A DNA stretch of 49,372 bases, from sequence record MH285980. One strand, written 5' to 3'. This document shows positions 30,181 through 38,631 of this stretch, one piece after another. The stretch's first letter is position 1; every line of letters begins with the position of its first letter. The notes under the pieces were generated by a model. It was not told where the DNA came from. It saw only the letters and a list, made by a program, of their open reading frames with translations, and searched no databases. Made by a program: the position numbers and the translations under genes. This stretch comes from Escherichia phage Eco_BIFF.

Positions 30181-30390
30181 ATGGCACGCATTAACGCAAA
30201 CTTTTTCAATATCGCTCAACAGTCAGCAAAAATGGCTGTTCATATCACCAACAAGAAAGGCGGTAACTTTGATTGGGATATTGCTATGAACTTCCTTAAA
30301 ATGGCTTATTACCTATGCTCAGTCAAAGATGTTGAGTGTTTTATTGAAAGCGTGGAGAAACTAACCAATGCTGATAAAAAAACAAGGTAA
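30181..30390 (+). CDS. hypothetical protein
   Basis: Start set at ATG 30181 (RBS GAGGAA); lies ~26 nt behind cassette 30105..30148. Confidence 0.35.
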   Translation: MARINANFFNIAQQSAKMAVHITNKKGGNFDWDIAMNFLKMAYYLCSVKDVECFIESVEKLTNADKKTR

Positions 30391-30872
30391 ACGAGAGGTT
30401 TGGGAGCACGCGAAGGAATGCGGAATATCAGACGATATAGCACTAATAGCAAAATATTTCGATATAAAGGATGTTAGCATTATATCAAACGGAAAGATTT
30501 CATTTATGGAAGATATGCCGAGAAAAATGCATAGAGTGCCAGCCACCCCGTCACTTGAGTTTTATCGTGAAGAAGGAAAGAGAATTGAGCGAGAACGAAA
30601 AAACGCAAAGAACAACAAGACTTCCAGGATTAAATATTAACTCAGATGGCTACCAGACAATATGGATCTGGAAAAGGCAGGTTAAGCAAATCCCTTTCTC
30701 TGACTGGCTACCACCTGACTTCGTTAACGTGCTGTGCACTATCGGGATCGAGAATGAGTTGCATATAGGTTATTACTCACCAGGTAGAAACAGCATGATG
30801 CTTGAGGTTGATGGAAAACTTGTTGAGTTTAAATCTTCAGACCTCGGATTCTGGTTAAAGGCTGTGGCATGA
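30368..30872 (+). pseudogene. hypothetical gene with apparent frame change at A6 run 30598..30603
   Basis: ORF 30368..30640 and ORF 30471..30872 overlap in different frames; removing one A from the A6 run fuses them into one ~167-aa reading frame. Confidence 0.3.
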
Positions 30873-30950
30873 ATCTTTATTTTGCTGTAGTATTAACACC
30901 GCTAATTTCATTTTCAGTAATGTATTTCATTATCATGTAAGGATTAAAAT

Positions 30951-32102
30951 ATGTCACAAGCTAAAATCACCACCGAGCAACTTATTGAAGAGCGCATGAG
31001 CGGCCTAACACTTCGCGAGATCGCGGAAAAATACGGCATGCACATTCGCACTGTTGAAGCGCGTCACGCCAAGCTGGCAAAAGAAGGTCATTTTCACGGT
31101 AACGAGCATGTTGCTAAAAACGTTCCCGAGGGATTCATGGTAAAAGGCACGTCGACGATGATTCGAGGTGATGGGACCGAGGTAGTGCGCTGGGTAAAGA
31201 CCGATCAGGACCGTGAGAAGATTGCGGCAATGATGGAAGCGGCTCGCATTGCATTCTGTGAAGACCTGCCGCGAGCAAATCCAACCAAGCTACTAACCTC
31301 GCAAGGGCTTACGACAGCTATGGGTAAGCTGGCACTCTATCCGGTATTCGATCTTCATATTGGCGCGCTTGCTCATAAGCATGAGTGCGGAGAGAACTAC
31401 TCTACCGATGTAGCGGAAAAAGTGCTGAGTGACTTCTTTAATTACGCGATCGATATTGCTCCGAACGCAGAGAAAGCTGTTCTGTTAATCGGCGGTGACT
31501 TCCTTCACTCTGACGGCCTTGATGCAGTTACCCCGGCAAGTGGTCACGTTCTTGATCAGGATTCACGATACGCAAAATTAGTGCATGTTGCGATTCGTTC
31601 GGTACGCCGAGCCATCGACAAAATGCTTATGAAACACAAAGAAGTCGAGGTCCAGGTTATCGAAGGGAACCACGATCAGTCTGGGATGATTTGGCTGAGA
31701 GCTGCAATGTCGGCATATTATGAAGACGAGCCGCGAGTATTCGTTGACGTTAGTCCTATGATTCTGCATAAGACTCGTTGGGGAAATACCTTGTTGGGAT
31801 ACACTCACGGTCACACTATGAAAAAGGCAGACACGCGACTTGCAGCAATGGCGGCAGATTTTCGATCAGACTTCGGCGAGAGCAAGTATGTGTATACTCA
31901 TAGTGGTCACTGGCATCACCAGACAATCACTGAGCACTCGCTTGGTATTGATGAGGTTCACGGTCAGTTAGGCGCGAAAGACGCATACGCAGCGCGCGGA
32001 GGGTGGCGCTCATATCGCCAGGCGGCTGTAATTGTTTACGATAAGCAGTTTGGGGAAATAGGTCGCTTCATCTATCGTCCAGAAATGACAGGATCGCACT
32101 AA
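30951..32102 (+). CDS. HTH-fused calcineurin-like metallophosphoesterase
   Basis: N-terminal HTH-like LTLREIAEKYGMHIRTVE; C-terminal motifs DLHIG, GGDFLH, GNHD, GHTH, GHWH. Confidence 0.6.
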   Translation: MSQAKITTEQLIEERMSGLTLREIAEKYGMHIRTVEARHAKLAKEGHFHGNEHVAKNVPEGFMVKGTSTMIRGDGTEVVRWVKTDQDREKIAAMMEAARIAFCEDLPRANPTKLLTSQGLTTAMGKLALYPVFDLHIGALAHKHECGENYSTDVAEKVLSDFFNYAIDIAPNAEKAVLLIGGDFLHSDGLDAVTPASGHVLDQDSRYAKLVHVAIRSVRRAIDKMLMKHKEVEVQVIEGNHDQSGMIWLRAAMSAYYEDEPRVFVDVSPMILHKTRWGNTLLGYTHGHTMKKADTRLAAMAADFRSDFGESKYVYTHSGHWHHQTITEHSLGIDEVHGQLGAKDAYAARGGWRSYRQAAVIVYDKQFGEIGRFIYRPEMTGSH

Positions 32103-32136
32103 TTGATAAAAACGCCCGAAGGGATTCGGGCATAGT
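32093..32136 (+). promoter_or_regulatory. promoter cassette (-10 CATAGT)
   Basis: ATCGCACTAATTGATAAAAA + 18 bp + CATAGT; stop TAA of 30951..32102 lies inside; 23 nt before ATG 32166. Confidence 0.45.
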
Positions 32137-32165
32137 AACAACATCGAAAGCAAAGAGGCTATATC

Positions 32166-32342
32166 ATGAAACGAGTTAAGTGCATCCGAAATGACTCCAA
32201 AACACTTCCATTCCGCGTAAATCAGATCTATAGTGTTGGTTATGATTTCGGTGGGGGATTGTTTGAGATTTACGACGGTCGAGGCTCAGTAATCCAGACT
32301 CCTCTGAACGGCAGCTATCTGGAATTTATTGCGATAGATTAA
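32166..32342 (+). CDS. small hypothetical protein (58 aa)
   Basis: RBS AAGAGG before ATG 32166; behind cassette 32093..32136. Confidence 0.35.
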   Translation: MKRVKCIRNDSKTLPFRVNQIYSVGYDFGGGLFEIYDGRGSVIQTPLNGSYLEFIAID

Positions 32343-32460
32343 CAATATCATTCATAACCTTACAGGCTGGCATGATTTACATGCTGGACTTTTTGCGTTG
32401 TATCAAATAAATTTGAAGGTTAAAATCGACTCACTTGTTCAAAAAATATATGGTGAGATT

Positions 32461-32676
32461 ATGAAAGAATTTTTAACCGCTGCGACGTCCAGCACGGGCG
32501 GCGCTTCATTAGTCGGGGCCGCGACAGGTCAACTTTATATCGCTGGCGCTACATTCATTTGCTTTCTGCTTTTTGGTGCCTGGGGAGCATACTGGAAGTA
32601 TCGTGATAGTAAGGCAATTCAGGAAGCGTTAAACGATGGCGATCTAAATAAGGCGCTTAAGATCAGGGGGAGATAA
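32461..32676 (+). CDS. holin (small, two-TMD, pinholin-like)
   Basis: 71 aa from ATG 32461; Gly/Ala-rich first hydrophobic segment and a second TMD, charged C-terminus; directly before endolysin. Confidence 0.6.
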   Translation: MKEFLTAATSSTGGASLVGAATGQLYIAGATFICFLLFGAWGAYWKYRDSKAIQEALNDGDLNKALKIRGR

Positions 32677-33164
32677 TGAGTTTAAAAAATAACGTTATAG
32701 GCGCATCGATCGGGGCTGCTTTGACGTTGACACCTACCCTACTGGAACGAATCGAAGGTATAGAATACGAGGTTTATTACGATATCGCCGGAGTCCCTAC
32801 CGTATGCAGCGGAATAACCGGGCCGGACGTAATACCCGGTAAGAAATACACTAAGCGAGAATGCGATGCATTGCTGATAAAACATATCGGCGTCGCTCAG
32901 CGATACGTCGACAAGAAGGTAAAGGTTGATATCCCGGTAACTATGCGAGCATCACTGTATAGCTTCACTTTCAACGTCGGTACTGGCGCGTTCGGATCTT
33001 CTACAATGCTTAAGCTAATAAATCAGAGTAAGCACAAGGAAGCGTGCAATCAGTTATGGCGATGGGTATACTACTACAACCCAAAAACCAAAAAGCGCGA
33101 AGTGTCTAGAGGACTCAAGAACCGACGCGCTGAAGAATACGCGTATTGCGTTAAGGAATTATAA
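32676..33164 (+). CDS. endolysin, GH24 lysozyme with N-terminal SAR-like segment
   Basis: E-x8-D-x5-T catalytic pattern ([19 protein letters not shown]); Gly/Ala-rich N-terminal hydrophobic stretch; overlaps holin stop. Confidence 0.7.
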   Translation: MSLKNNVIGASIGAALTLTPTLLERIEGIEYEVYYDIAGVPTVCSGITGPDVIPGKKYTKRECDALLIKHIGVAQRYVDKKVKVDIPVTMRASLYSFTFNVGTGAFGSSTMLKLINQSKHKEACNQLWRWVYYYNPKTKKREVSRGLKNRRAEEYAYCVKEL

Positions 33165-33565
33165 TGAAACTGGAGAAAACGTGCATTGCGATTGCAGTGG
33201 CTGTTGGTGTTATTTCCCTATCCGGTTGCTCGACGGCATCTGCCCTGAGCGGTTTAATCGGATCTAAACCGGAAGTTACAGCACAAATCGGAGAGGAGAA
33301 CACAAAGCAATTAGCAGGAGTAACCGCAAAATCCGAAGATAAGCGAGATGTTAAAGTTGAGAAGTCCAATGTAGGAAAGATTGACTCTTCCTTGAAGAAG
33401 TCAATTGAAGTGTCAACCATTAAGGCTAACACGGTTAACGCTGAAAGCATCACAGTAACAAAACCGGAAAACTGGTACGATGCTATCGTTGGCTGGATTC
33501 TCGTTTTTATCGGTCTATTGCTGGTTTATTTTTCACTTCGTAAGGACGAAAAAAAGGAGGCGTAA
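33164..33565 (+). CDS. unimolecular spanin (lipoprotein N-terminus, C-terminal TMD)
   Basis: Lipobox LSGC near N-terminus and C-terminal TMD WILVFIGLLLVYF in one 133-aa ORF. Confidence 0.65.
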   Translation: MKLEKTCIAIAVAVGVISLSGCSTASALSGLIGSKPEVTAQIGEENTKQLAGVTAKSEDKRDVKVEKSNVGKIDSSLKKSIEVSTIKANTVNAESITVTKPENWYDAIVGWILVFIGLLLVYFSLRKDEKKEA

Positions 33566-33588
33566 GCCTCCTTTCTTTTATGCATCAG
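33553..33588. terminator. bidirectional terminator after lysis cassette
   Basis: AAGGAGGCGTAAGCCTCCTT flanked by A-run and TTTCTTTT. Confidence 0.55.
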
Positions 33589-33795
33589 CCCACATGTAAC
33601 TTTCGTTCGTGAGTTTCGCGTATTCGCGAACTTCAATCTCGCATGTGTCGCCGTGCATCTCAGCGACCTTCTTCTCGTTCGCTACCGCCGTTTCTTCAGT
33701 CCAACCATCAGTCTTGCTGTAAAGGGTAGGAATCTCACTGCTAGTGCCGTTAGAGTGGCTGTAAACGCGAACTACTAAAAATTTGTTAGCCATGA
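33578..33795 (-). CDS. hypothetical protein
   Basis: Start moved to ATG 33795 (RBS GAAGGAAAG); 24 nt behind cassette 33826..33869. Confidence 0.4.
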
Positions 33796-33825
33796 TGCTT
33801 TCCTTCAGGTCGTTTCGATGAAACA

Positions 33826-33869
33826 AATATACCCGATACGAGATCGGGTGTTTTAACAAAAAGTGCTAT
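33826..33869 (-). promoter_or_regulatory. promoter cassette (-10 TATATT)
   Basis: Minus-strand ATAGCACTTTTTGTTAAAAC + 18 bp + TATATT; 24 nt before ATG 33795. Confidence 0.5.
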
Positions 33870-34069
33870 TTGTATCTTTTGACATGGAGAAGTAACTCCC
33901 CTTCCTGGTCGCAAAGATTATGCTCTCTGTCGCCGTTGGCCCTCATTGAAGTGAGCAGCAGACTCAACAATCCTTGTTCAAATTCCTCTTTCGTAAGCTG
34001 GAGTCTTGCGCACAATTCGACGTTCCGATCTATCAATGTTTCTACGTTCGCCAAACAATTCTTCATCAC
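33866..34069 (-). CDS. hypothetical protein
   Basis: RBS GGAG before GTG/ATG start; stop TAG lies inside element copy 33850..33869. Confidence 0.35.
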   Translation of the reverse strand: MMKNCLANVETLIDRNVELCARLQLTKEEFEQGLLSLLLTSMRANGDREHNLCDQEGELLLHVKRYK

Positions 34070-34385
34070 TCATTTCTCCAATGTGCATCATCTCCCACGT
34101 ATACCGATTGTTGTAGCCATCAATACACATCAGCTTCATCATTACCGGGCGTTTGATCTTTCCCTTGCACCAGTAAAATCCATCCTTGCAATCCAAGTAA
34201 CCCTCAGTCACGCAACGAGCGCAAAACTCCTTAGATAGCGCGCTTGTAAATTCACGGCGAGTAATTCCAGCAGCCTTAGCAAATCGCTCATTTTCCTTGT
34301 GGGCGTATATAAATTTCGCTATGTGCTGCCTGGTGTATTTGTCGTATCCTTCGCAGAACCTAAACAGATCTAAAAGAAGCAGCAT
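33978..34385 (-). CDS. hypothetical Cys-rich protein
   Basis: 135-aa ORF 4 nt after the ATPase stop; overlaps next ORF by ~90 nt in another frame. Confidence 0.35.
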   Translation of the reverse strand: MLLLLDLFRFCEGYDKYTRQHIAKFIYAHKENERFAKAAGITRREFTSALSKEFCARCVTEGYLDCKDGFYWCKGKIKRPVMMKLMCIDGYNNRYTWEMMHIGEMSDEELFGERRNIDRSERRIVRKTPAYERGI

Positions 34386-34389
34386 ATTA

Positions 34390-35958
34390 TTAACCCATCA
34401 GTCGAGGATTGATGAAAACAATATCATCAATTCGGCAAGTGTAATTCATCTCTTCGAGCGTGATTAGAAGACTATCGATTCGCTCAGATACTTTCTGTTG
34501 ACCGTTGAACGGCGTAACGTTCCGGCACTTTGCAACAATACTATGAATAGGTGCGCGCCCCTTGTTCTTCTTTGCGATCTCAGTGATAACATCAATCAGC
34601 TTACGAGATTCAGCCTCATCACCAGCATACCCGGCAGCGCTGGCGGACGACAGATAAGTCCTGGAAAGCTCATTGAAAATCATGATCGCTTCCTGCATTG
34701 TTTCAAGGTCAATCTCACGGTTGGAACGGTTCGGTGATTCACCCTCCCAATTCTTGATCGTGTGGAGAACTGAAGCAATACGCAAAGCGTGCTTATCGAA
34801 CTTGCCGAGATGACCGCGAAGCATTGAGTGAGAGTATTTCCCCCCGGCGGCGAAATCAGGCTCCATCGCCTGGCGCGCAAGGTTTAATTCACGCATAGCA
34901 TTACGGCTAACAGAGAGAACAACGTTGTCCTCCTTCATGATGTTGTGCACGAGTCTGTAATATTTGCTAACCAGTCCGCGATCGACTTCTTTATACAGTG
35001 CATCACCATTTTCATCACAAAGAATACGAGTACCTAAAAGCGGTTCCTCTCGAACCAGGAGGAAACGCTCAGATACACCGATACCGCGCTGGCCTGCGTC
35101 CATGATACCCTTGATTGTTTCATCCTGAGCAATTACGCAGATTGAACCGACCGGACAAAGAGACAAGTTATTGTCCTGGTTTGAACGCGCGACCTCCATA
35201 TGGTTTTTATCCCACGCCTTAAGGATAAGCTCACTGTTAGATTTCTTATCTGAACCGCCATACGTAAGCCCGAGCAATGTATTGATTGCCGTTGCCTCGT
35301 CAGATATTACGGAAAAGTGACCTTGCACTGCCGCCACTTTCGCAAGACCTTCAGGTGTAGGATCTGATACCGCGAAAACAATATCAGCCATCTTCTTGAT
35401 CTTCTCTTCCAGTTTTTCTTTGTCCTCGTACAGAGCCGCCGTCGTGTTACCCTTCGGGTCGTTTTTGATTTCCTTCTCGACCTGACGTAGCTGACTGGTT
35501 AAACGGATACGTTCATTTTTACGCTCTTCATTCAGTCGCTGAATCTCCGCACGCATAGGCGTAATCGCCGCTGAGTTAATCGCTGATTTGCCTGTTGATG
35601 GTGGCTGACTGATTACCATGTAAAGCGCTGTCGGCTGTTCTTCTCCATGATATTGCACCCAAAACTTCCCGAGCATCGCGGCTGAGATGCAACCGATAAA
35701 ATGAGCATACGCGGATGAAACCGGGAACTGGACTGATTCAGCTTTTGCTTTTGCATATTCGAATACCAAGTTATCGCCACCTAACGAAATCAGAGGGAAC
35801 TTATCGTTTCCGCTGTTGATATCGATCGGATCTTGCCAAAAAGAAACTGAATCCCCGTAACTGTTTTCACGAATTGCGATCGCCACCGGATTCACTCCAG
35901 TGCTATTTGCGATCTCAATAATCTGTTGGTAATTCAGTTTTGGCTTAATATTAAACAT
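34390..35958 (-). CDS. P-loop NTPase of unknown function (coiled-coil between Walker A and Walker B)
   Basis: Start set at ATG 35958 (RBS AAGGAG); Walker A-like PPSTGKS, helical insert, Walker B-like FSVISDEAT; no family assignment possible. Confidence 0.45.
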   Translation of the reverse strand: MFNIKPKLNYQQIIEIANSTGVNPVAIAIRENSYGDSVSFWQDPIDINSGNDKFPLISLGGDNLVFEYAKAKAESVQFPVSSAYAHFIGCISAAMLGKFWVQYHGEEQPTALYMVISQPPSTGKSAINSAAITPMRAEIQRLNEERKNERIRLTSQLRQVEKEIKNDPKGNTTAALYEDKEKLEEKIKKMADIVFAVSDPTPEGLAKVAAVQGHFSVISDEATAINTLLGLTYGGSDKKSNSELILKAWDKNHMEVARSNQDNNLSLCPVGSICVIAQDETIKGIMDAGQRGIGVSERFLLVREEPLLGTRILCDENGDALYKEVDRGLVSKYYRLVHNIMKEDNVVLSVSRNAMRELNLARQAMEPDFAAGGKYSHSMLRGHLGKFDKHALRIASVLHTIKNWEGESPNRSNREIDLETMQEAIMIFNELSRTYLSSASAAGYAGDEAESRKLIDVITEIAKKNKGRAPIHSIVAKCRNVTPFNGQQKVSERIDSLLITLEEMNYTCRIDDIVFINPRLMG

Positions 35959-35987
35959 CACAATAAACTCCTTAGTTGACGGTGTGA

Positions 35988-36031
35988 ATGATACACCGCC
36001 AATGGTACACGCGTTTTTCAAAAAATGCTAT
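35988..36031 (-). promoter_or_regulatory. promoter cassette (-10 TATCAT); upstream of ATPase
   Basis: Minus-strand ATAGCATTTTTTGAAAAAC + 19 bp + TATCAT; element overlaps the last codons and stop of HNH 36018..36503. Confidence 0.45.
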
Positions 36032-36503
36032 TCGATCCGTGATTCTCATGAAAACCAAGATCAATGAGTATTGAATCTCTTAAATCTATAGCCTCACTAA
36101 CAGTGTCAACGCACCTTCCGTAAGTCTTACCCATAAATCTAACTCTTACCCTGTAAGAGCCTGATTTCATAGGGTATATGCAATTCATGCCAGATGTGTT
36201 ATTTTTGTTTAGACTTCTATTTGTTGTGTTCCCTTCTCTAGTTACAAGTCTTAAATTTTCAATTCTATCATCACCTGGTATATGGTTTATGTGGTCTATT
36301 TCCATACCTTCAGGTATCTGGCCGTTAAAAATAGTCCATACATATCTATGTCTATAAACCATCCTAAACCCATCATAAAACCTACAGTAACCCAGCCTAT
36401 CTAACTTTCCAGTCTCTCTCCCAACAAGGTTTTTAAATCTAGTGTTACTCTTATAATAAATAATTCCATCAACATATAAAAAATCATCTCTTATATTTAT
36501 CAT
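36018..36503 (-). CDS. HNH homing endonuclease (HNH + AP2-like domain)
   Basis: EIDHINHIPGDDRIENLRLVTREGN motif plus AP2-like GSYRVRVRFMGKTYG; AGA/ATA-rich codon usage; paralogue of 45598..46092. Confidence 0.7.
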   Translation of the reverse strand: MINIRDDFLYVDGIIYYKSNTRFKNLVGRETGKLDRLGYCRFYDGFRMVYRHRYVWTIFNGQIPEGMEIDHINHIPGDDRIENLRLVTREGNTTNRSLNKNNTSGMNCIYPMKSGSYRVRVRFMGKTYGRCVDTVSEAIDLRDSILIDLGFHENHGSNSIF

Positions 36504-36916
36504 GAGTACAATCCTTCAAAACAAGTGCCGTCTGCAATGATGAATCCGACATCCGCACGAAATAAATTCCAGCGGCAACCATCCTCATCAAAGATGTAAC
36601 CAGCTACGCCACCGAGAGCGCGACCGCTTTCAACCTGGTAACGCTTGCCAACTTTGAATGATTTTTTCATTGGGTTGCGATGGTCAAGTCCGGTGCACTT
36701 GATCGTCTTTGTTTTCAACTCGGTGAACTTCGCGAAGAAGATTTCATCAGATCCGTGAATATGTAATTCATCATGCCTTTCAAGTTTTAAATACTTCCCG
36801 CATTTTAACTTTACTTCGCGAGTACCATCATAGCGCTCACGACCTTTGTACAGATTGTTTACTTCGAATCCTGTGATTTTGTCTGCGGAAGTGCATTTAA
36901 GTTTGATGGATTTCAT
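36500..36916 (-). CDS. hypothetical early protein
   Basis: 138-aa ORF with RBS CAGGAG, 30 nt behind cassette 36953..36996. Confidence 0.45.
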   Translation of the reverse strand: MKSIKLKCTSADKITGFEVNNLYKGRERYDGTREVKLKCGKYLKLERHDELHIHGSDEIFFAKFTELKTKTIKCTGLDHRNPMKKSFKVGKRYQVESGRALGGVAGYIFDEDGCRWNLFRADVGFIIADGTCFEGLYS

Positions 36917-36952
36917 TGCGTTAGCTCCTGATTGGTTATCTTGAATAAGGTC

Positions 36953-36996
36953 ACTTTATCAAATGACCTTACGGCAATATTAACAAATCGTGCTAT
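36953..36996 (-). promoter_or_regulatory. promoter cassette (-10 TGATAAAGT)
   Basis: Minus-strand ATAGCACGATTTGTTAATAT + 18 bp + TAAAGT inside hairpin AAGGTCA/TGACCTT; 30 nt before ATG 36916. Confidence 0.5.
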
Positions 36997-37209
36997 TTAC
37001 CAGGGAATATAATCTTCGTCGTCATTATCACCAATATCATCGCCTGGCATCTCGAAGTCGGGATTGTATTCACTTTCTGCGTCCATATCCATATTCCCTA
37101 GTGCGTCGTCAAGAGTAATTTCTTTATATGCAACCTTGATACACCATTCCGCACTAAGCCCGGCATCGAGCGCGGCAAAATAACGAGTACAGAAATTATC
37201 TTGTTCCAT
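36997..37209 (-). CDS. small acidic protein
   Basis: 70 aa; C-terminal half almost entirely Asp/Glu (DMDAESEYNPDFEMPGDDIGDNDDEDYIPW). Confidence 0.45.
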   Translation of the reverse strand: MEQDNFCTRYFAALDAGLSAEWCIKVAYKEITLDDALGNMDMDAESEYNPDFEMPGDDIGDNDDEDYIPW

Positions 37210-37212
37210 TAA

Positions 37213-37437
37213 TTAGCTCCATGAATTAATGTAAATCGAGTTAGCCTCAAGCGTTGCGCGAACATCCGCATCTGTTGCATTTACTAAGCGCGTTCCTGGC
37301 GTGCTGCCAATAACGTTATTACCGTTCTGAGCCTTAGTTAACGTCATTGAAATAAAACCGGAAGACTTATCCATTTTGATAACTACACGTCCTTTCGCGT
37401 TCAGATGCTTGATGATATTCTCAACTTTAATGCTCAT
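37213..37437 (-). CDS. hypothetical early protein
   Basis: 74-aa ORF with RBS AAGGAA behind cassette 37471..37515. Confidence 0.45.
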   Translation of the reverse strand: MSIKVENIIKHLNAKGRVVIKMDKSSGFISMTLTKAQNGNNVIGSTPGTRLVNATDADVRATLEANSIYINSWS

Positions 37438-37470
37438 TTTTAATTCCTTTGTTTTGTTTGGTGTGTGAGT

Positions 37471-37515
37471 AATATACCTTACTCACTATTTATTGTCTTT
37501 AGCAATTAGTGCTAT
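37471..37515 (-). promoter_or_regulatory. promoter cassette (-10 TATATT, 19-bp spacer)
   Basis: Minus-strand ATAGCACTAATTGCTAAAGA; hairpin GTGAGTAA/TTACTCAC; 27 nt before ATG 37437. Confidence 0.45.
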
Positions 37516-37652
37516 CAGTACTCGGAAATTACTTGGCACTCCTTGATTGTTCCACCTAGAACTACTTTCTGCATCATTGCTTTTTGGTGGCTATCGTAAA
37601 CTCGAACATTTTTTACACTGTTAAATTTGCCAGTATAGAAAGTGTGAATATA
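37515..37652 (-). CDS. small hypothetical protein (45 aa)
   Basis: ATG overlaps upstream stop (ATGA); stop abuts element copy. Confidence 0.3.
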   Translation of the reverse strand, partial: YIHTFYTGKFNSVKNVRVYDSHQKAMMQKVVLGGTIKECQVISEY

Positions 37653-37654
37653 AA

Positions 37655-37975
37655 TCATTTTTTACCGTCCCAGGTTTGATACGCCGTCACAAGGTTAATG
37701 CTATGGTCGAACTCGTCAACGCTAAGCGATCCGATTCGAACAAGCTCTTTGTTGTGCTTAATATCGATCATCCGGCTATATGGATGACCTGGCACGTATT
37801 TGAATAGTCGCTTGCTGTCAGCAATATCAGCGTTGATTCCATAGAATCGGCCTACTGCCGCCTTCACGCGCTCCATGATGTTTTTTTCGTGGATTGCTGC
37901 CGCGTTATTCAATGCCGCGACCGTGCTTCCGTTAATCTTCGGTGATTTCGTTGTGATTTTATAAGTGTGGTTCAT
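37655..37975 (-). CDS. hypothetical early protein
   Basis: Start set at ATG 37975 (RBS AGGGGGG), which follows the upstream stop. Confidence 0.45.
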   Translation of the reverse strand: MNHTYKITTKSPKINGSTVAALNNAAAIHEKNIMERVKAAVGRFYGINADIADSKRLFKYVPGHPYSRMIDIKHNKELVRIGSLSVDEFDHSINLVTAYQTWDGKK

Positions 37976-37991
37976 TATTCCCCCTAACCAG

Positions 37992-38192
37992 TCAGGATAG
38001 CTTTCGCGCTTCATCAATGATAACAGGTTCGAGACGCTCAAGTCGAACGCGGAACGTGTTCATAAATCCTTCGTTATTCTTCAGTAGCTCGAAGGCGTCT
38101 GTAGCTTCAATGGCGCTATTTCCCATGTAGACAATTACTTTTTTCTGAGTCTTTCGTGAGATCGCAACCACGCGGTAGATATTATCACTCAT
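37992..38192 (-). CDS. hypothetical early protein
   Basis: Start set at ATG 38192 (RBS AAGGAGG); overlaps upstream stop. Confidence 0.4.
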   Translation of the reverse strand: MSDNIYRVVAISRKTQKKVIVYMGNSAIEATDAFELLKNNEGFMNTFRVRLERLEPVIIDEARKLS

Positions 38193-38556
38193 ACAATGCC
38201 TCCTTAACACGATCCGCAATGCAGGAGTTTACGGTGATTGAGTAGTTAGCCACGCCCCATAATGCAATATTGCCAAGCTCGGTACGCATTGATGGATTGT
38301 TAAGCTGGATTATCGTTTCTCCAGTATCTTTATCTACGAAGCGAGACACGCCCAAATGGTCCACCACGCGCGTTACGCGGTTAACGCACTCCATTGCATC
38401 ACTTACGCCGTAATAAGCGCTCAGAGCGGCTCTCACGGCCTTCTCTTGCTTGTTGTAAATCTTTCGCGCAATGTTCTCGATCGCAATCTGCTCTTTTTCG
38501 TCAGTATGTATTGCTGTGCTGGCTGAGAAGTCCAGGTCAGTGAACTGCTTAAGCAT
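38185..38556 (-). CDS. hypothetical early protein
   Basis: 123-aa ORF, RBS GAGGAAAG, 25 nt behind cassette 38588..38631. Confidence 0.45.
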   Translation of the reverse strand: MLKQFTDLDFSASTAIHTDEKEQIAIENIARKIYNKQEKAVRAALSAYYGVSDAMECVNRVTRVVDHLGVSRFVDKDTGETIIQLNNPSMRTELGNIALWGVANYSITVNSCIADRVKEALYE

Positions 38557-38587
38557 GATTCTTTCCTCGTTTGCTGTTGATGTGTTT

Positions 38588-38631
38588 ACTATACCCCGAC
38601 TACCTTCGGGGCGTTTAGCAATTCGTGCTAT
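38588..38631 (-). promoter_or_regulatory. promoter cassette (-10 TATAGT)
   Basis: Minus-strand ATAGCACGAATTGCTAAACG + 18 bp + TATAGT after hairpin CCCCGA/TCGGGG; 25 nt before ATG 38556. Confidence 0.5.

Noticed and set aside
33870-34238. Plus-strand ORFs 33870..34238 and 33974..34156 opposite minus-strand genes
   Set aside because: The region is transcribed leftward from element-containing cassettes, and the minus-strand ORFs have RBSs and element-embedded stops; the plus-strand ORFs are antisense artefacts.
34390-36503. P-loop ATPase adjacent to an HNH nuclease, superficially like a two-gene defence system (ATPase + HNH, Septu-like)
   Set aside because: The HNH gene is a homing-endonuclease type with an AP2 domain, foreign codon usage and a paralogue at 45598..46092; a promoter cassette separates the two genes; gene order is opposite to Septu; Walker A and B are only ~90 aa apart, unlike the ABC-type ATPase of that system.
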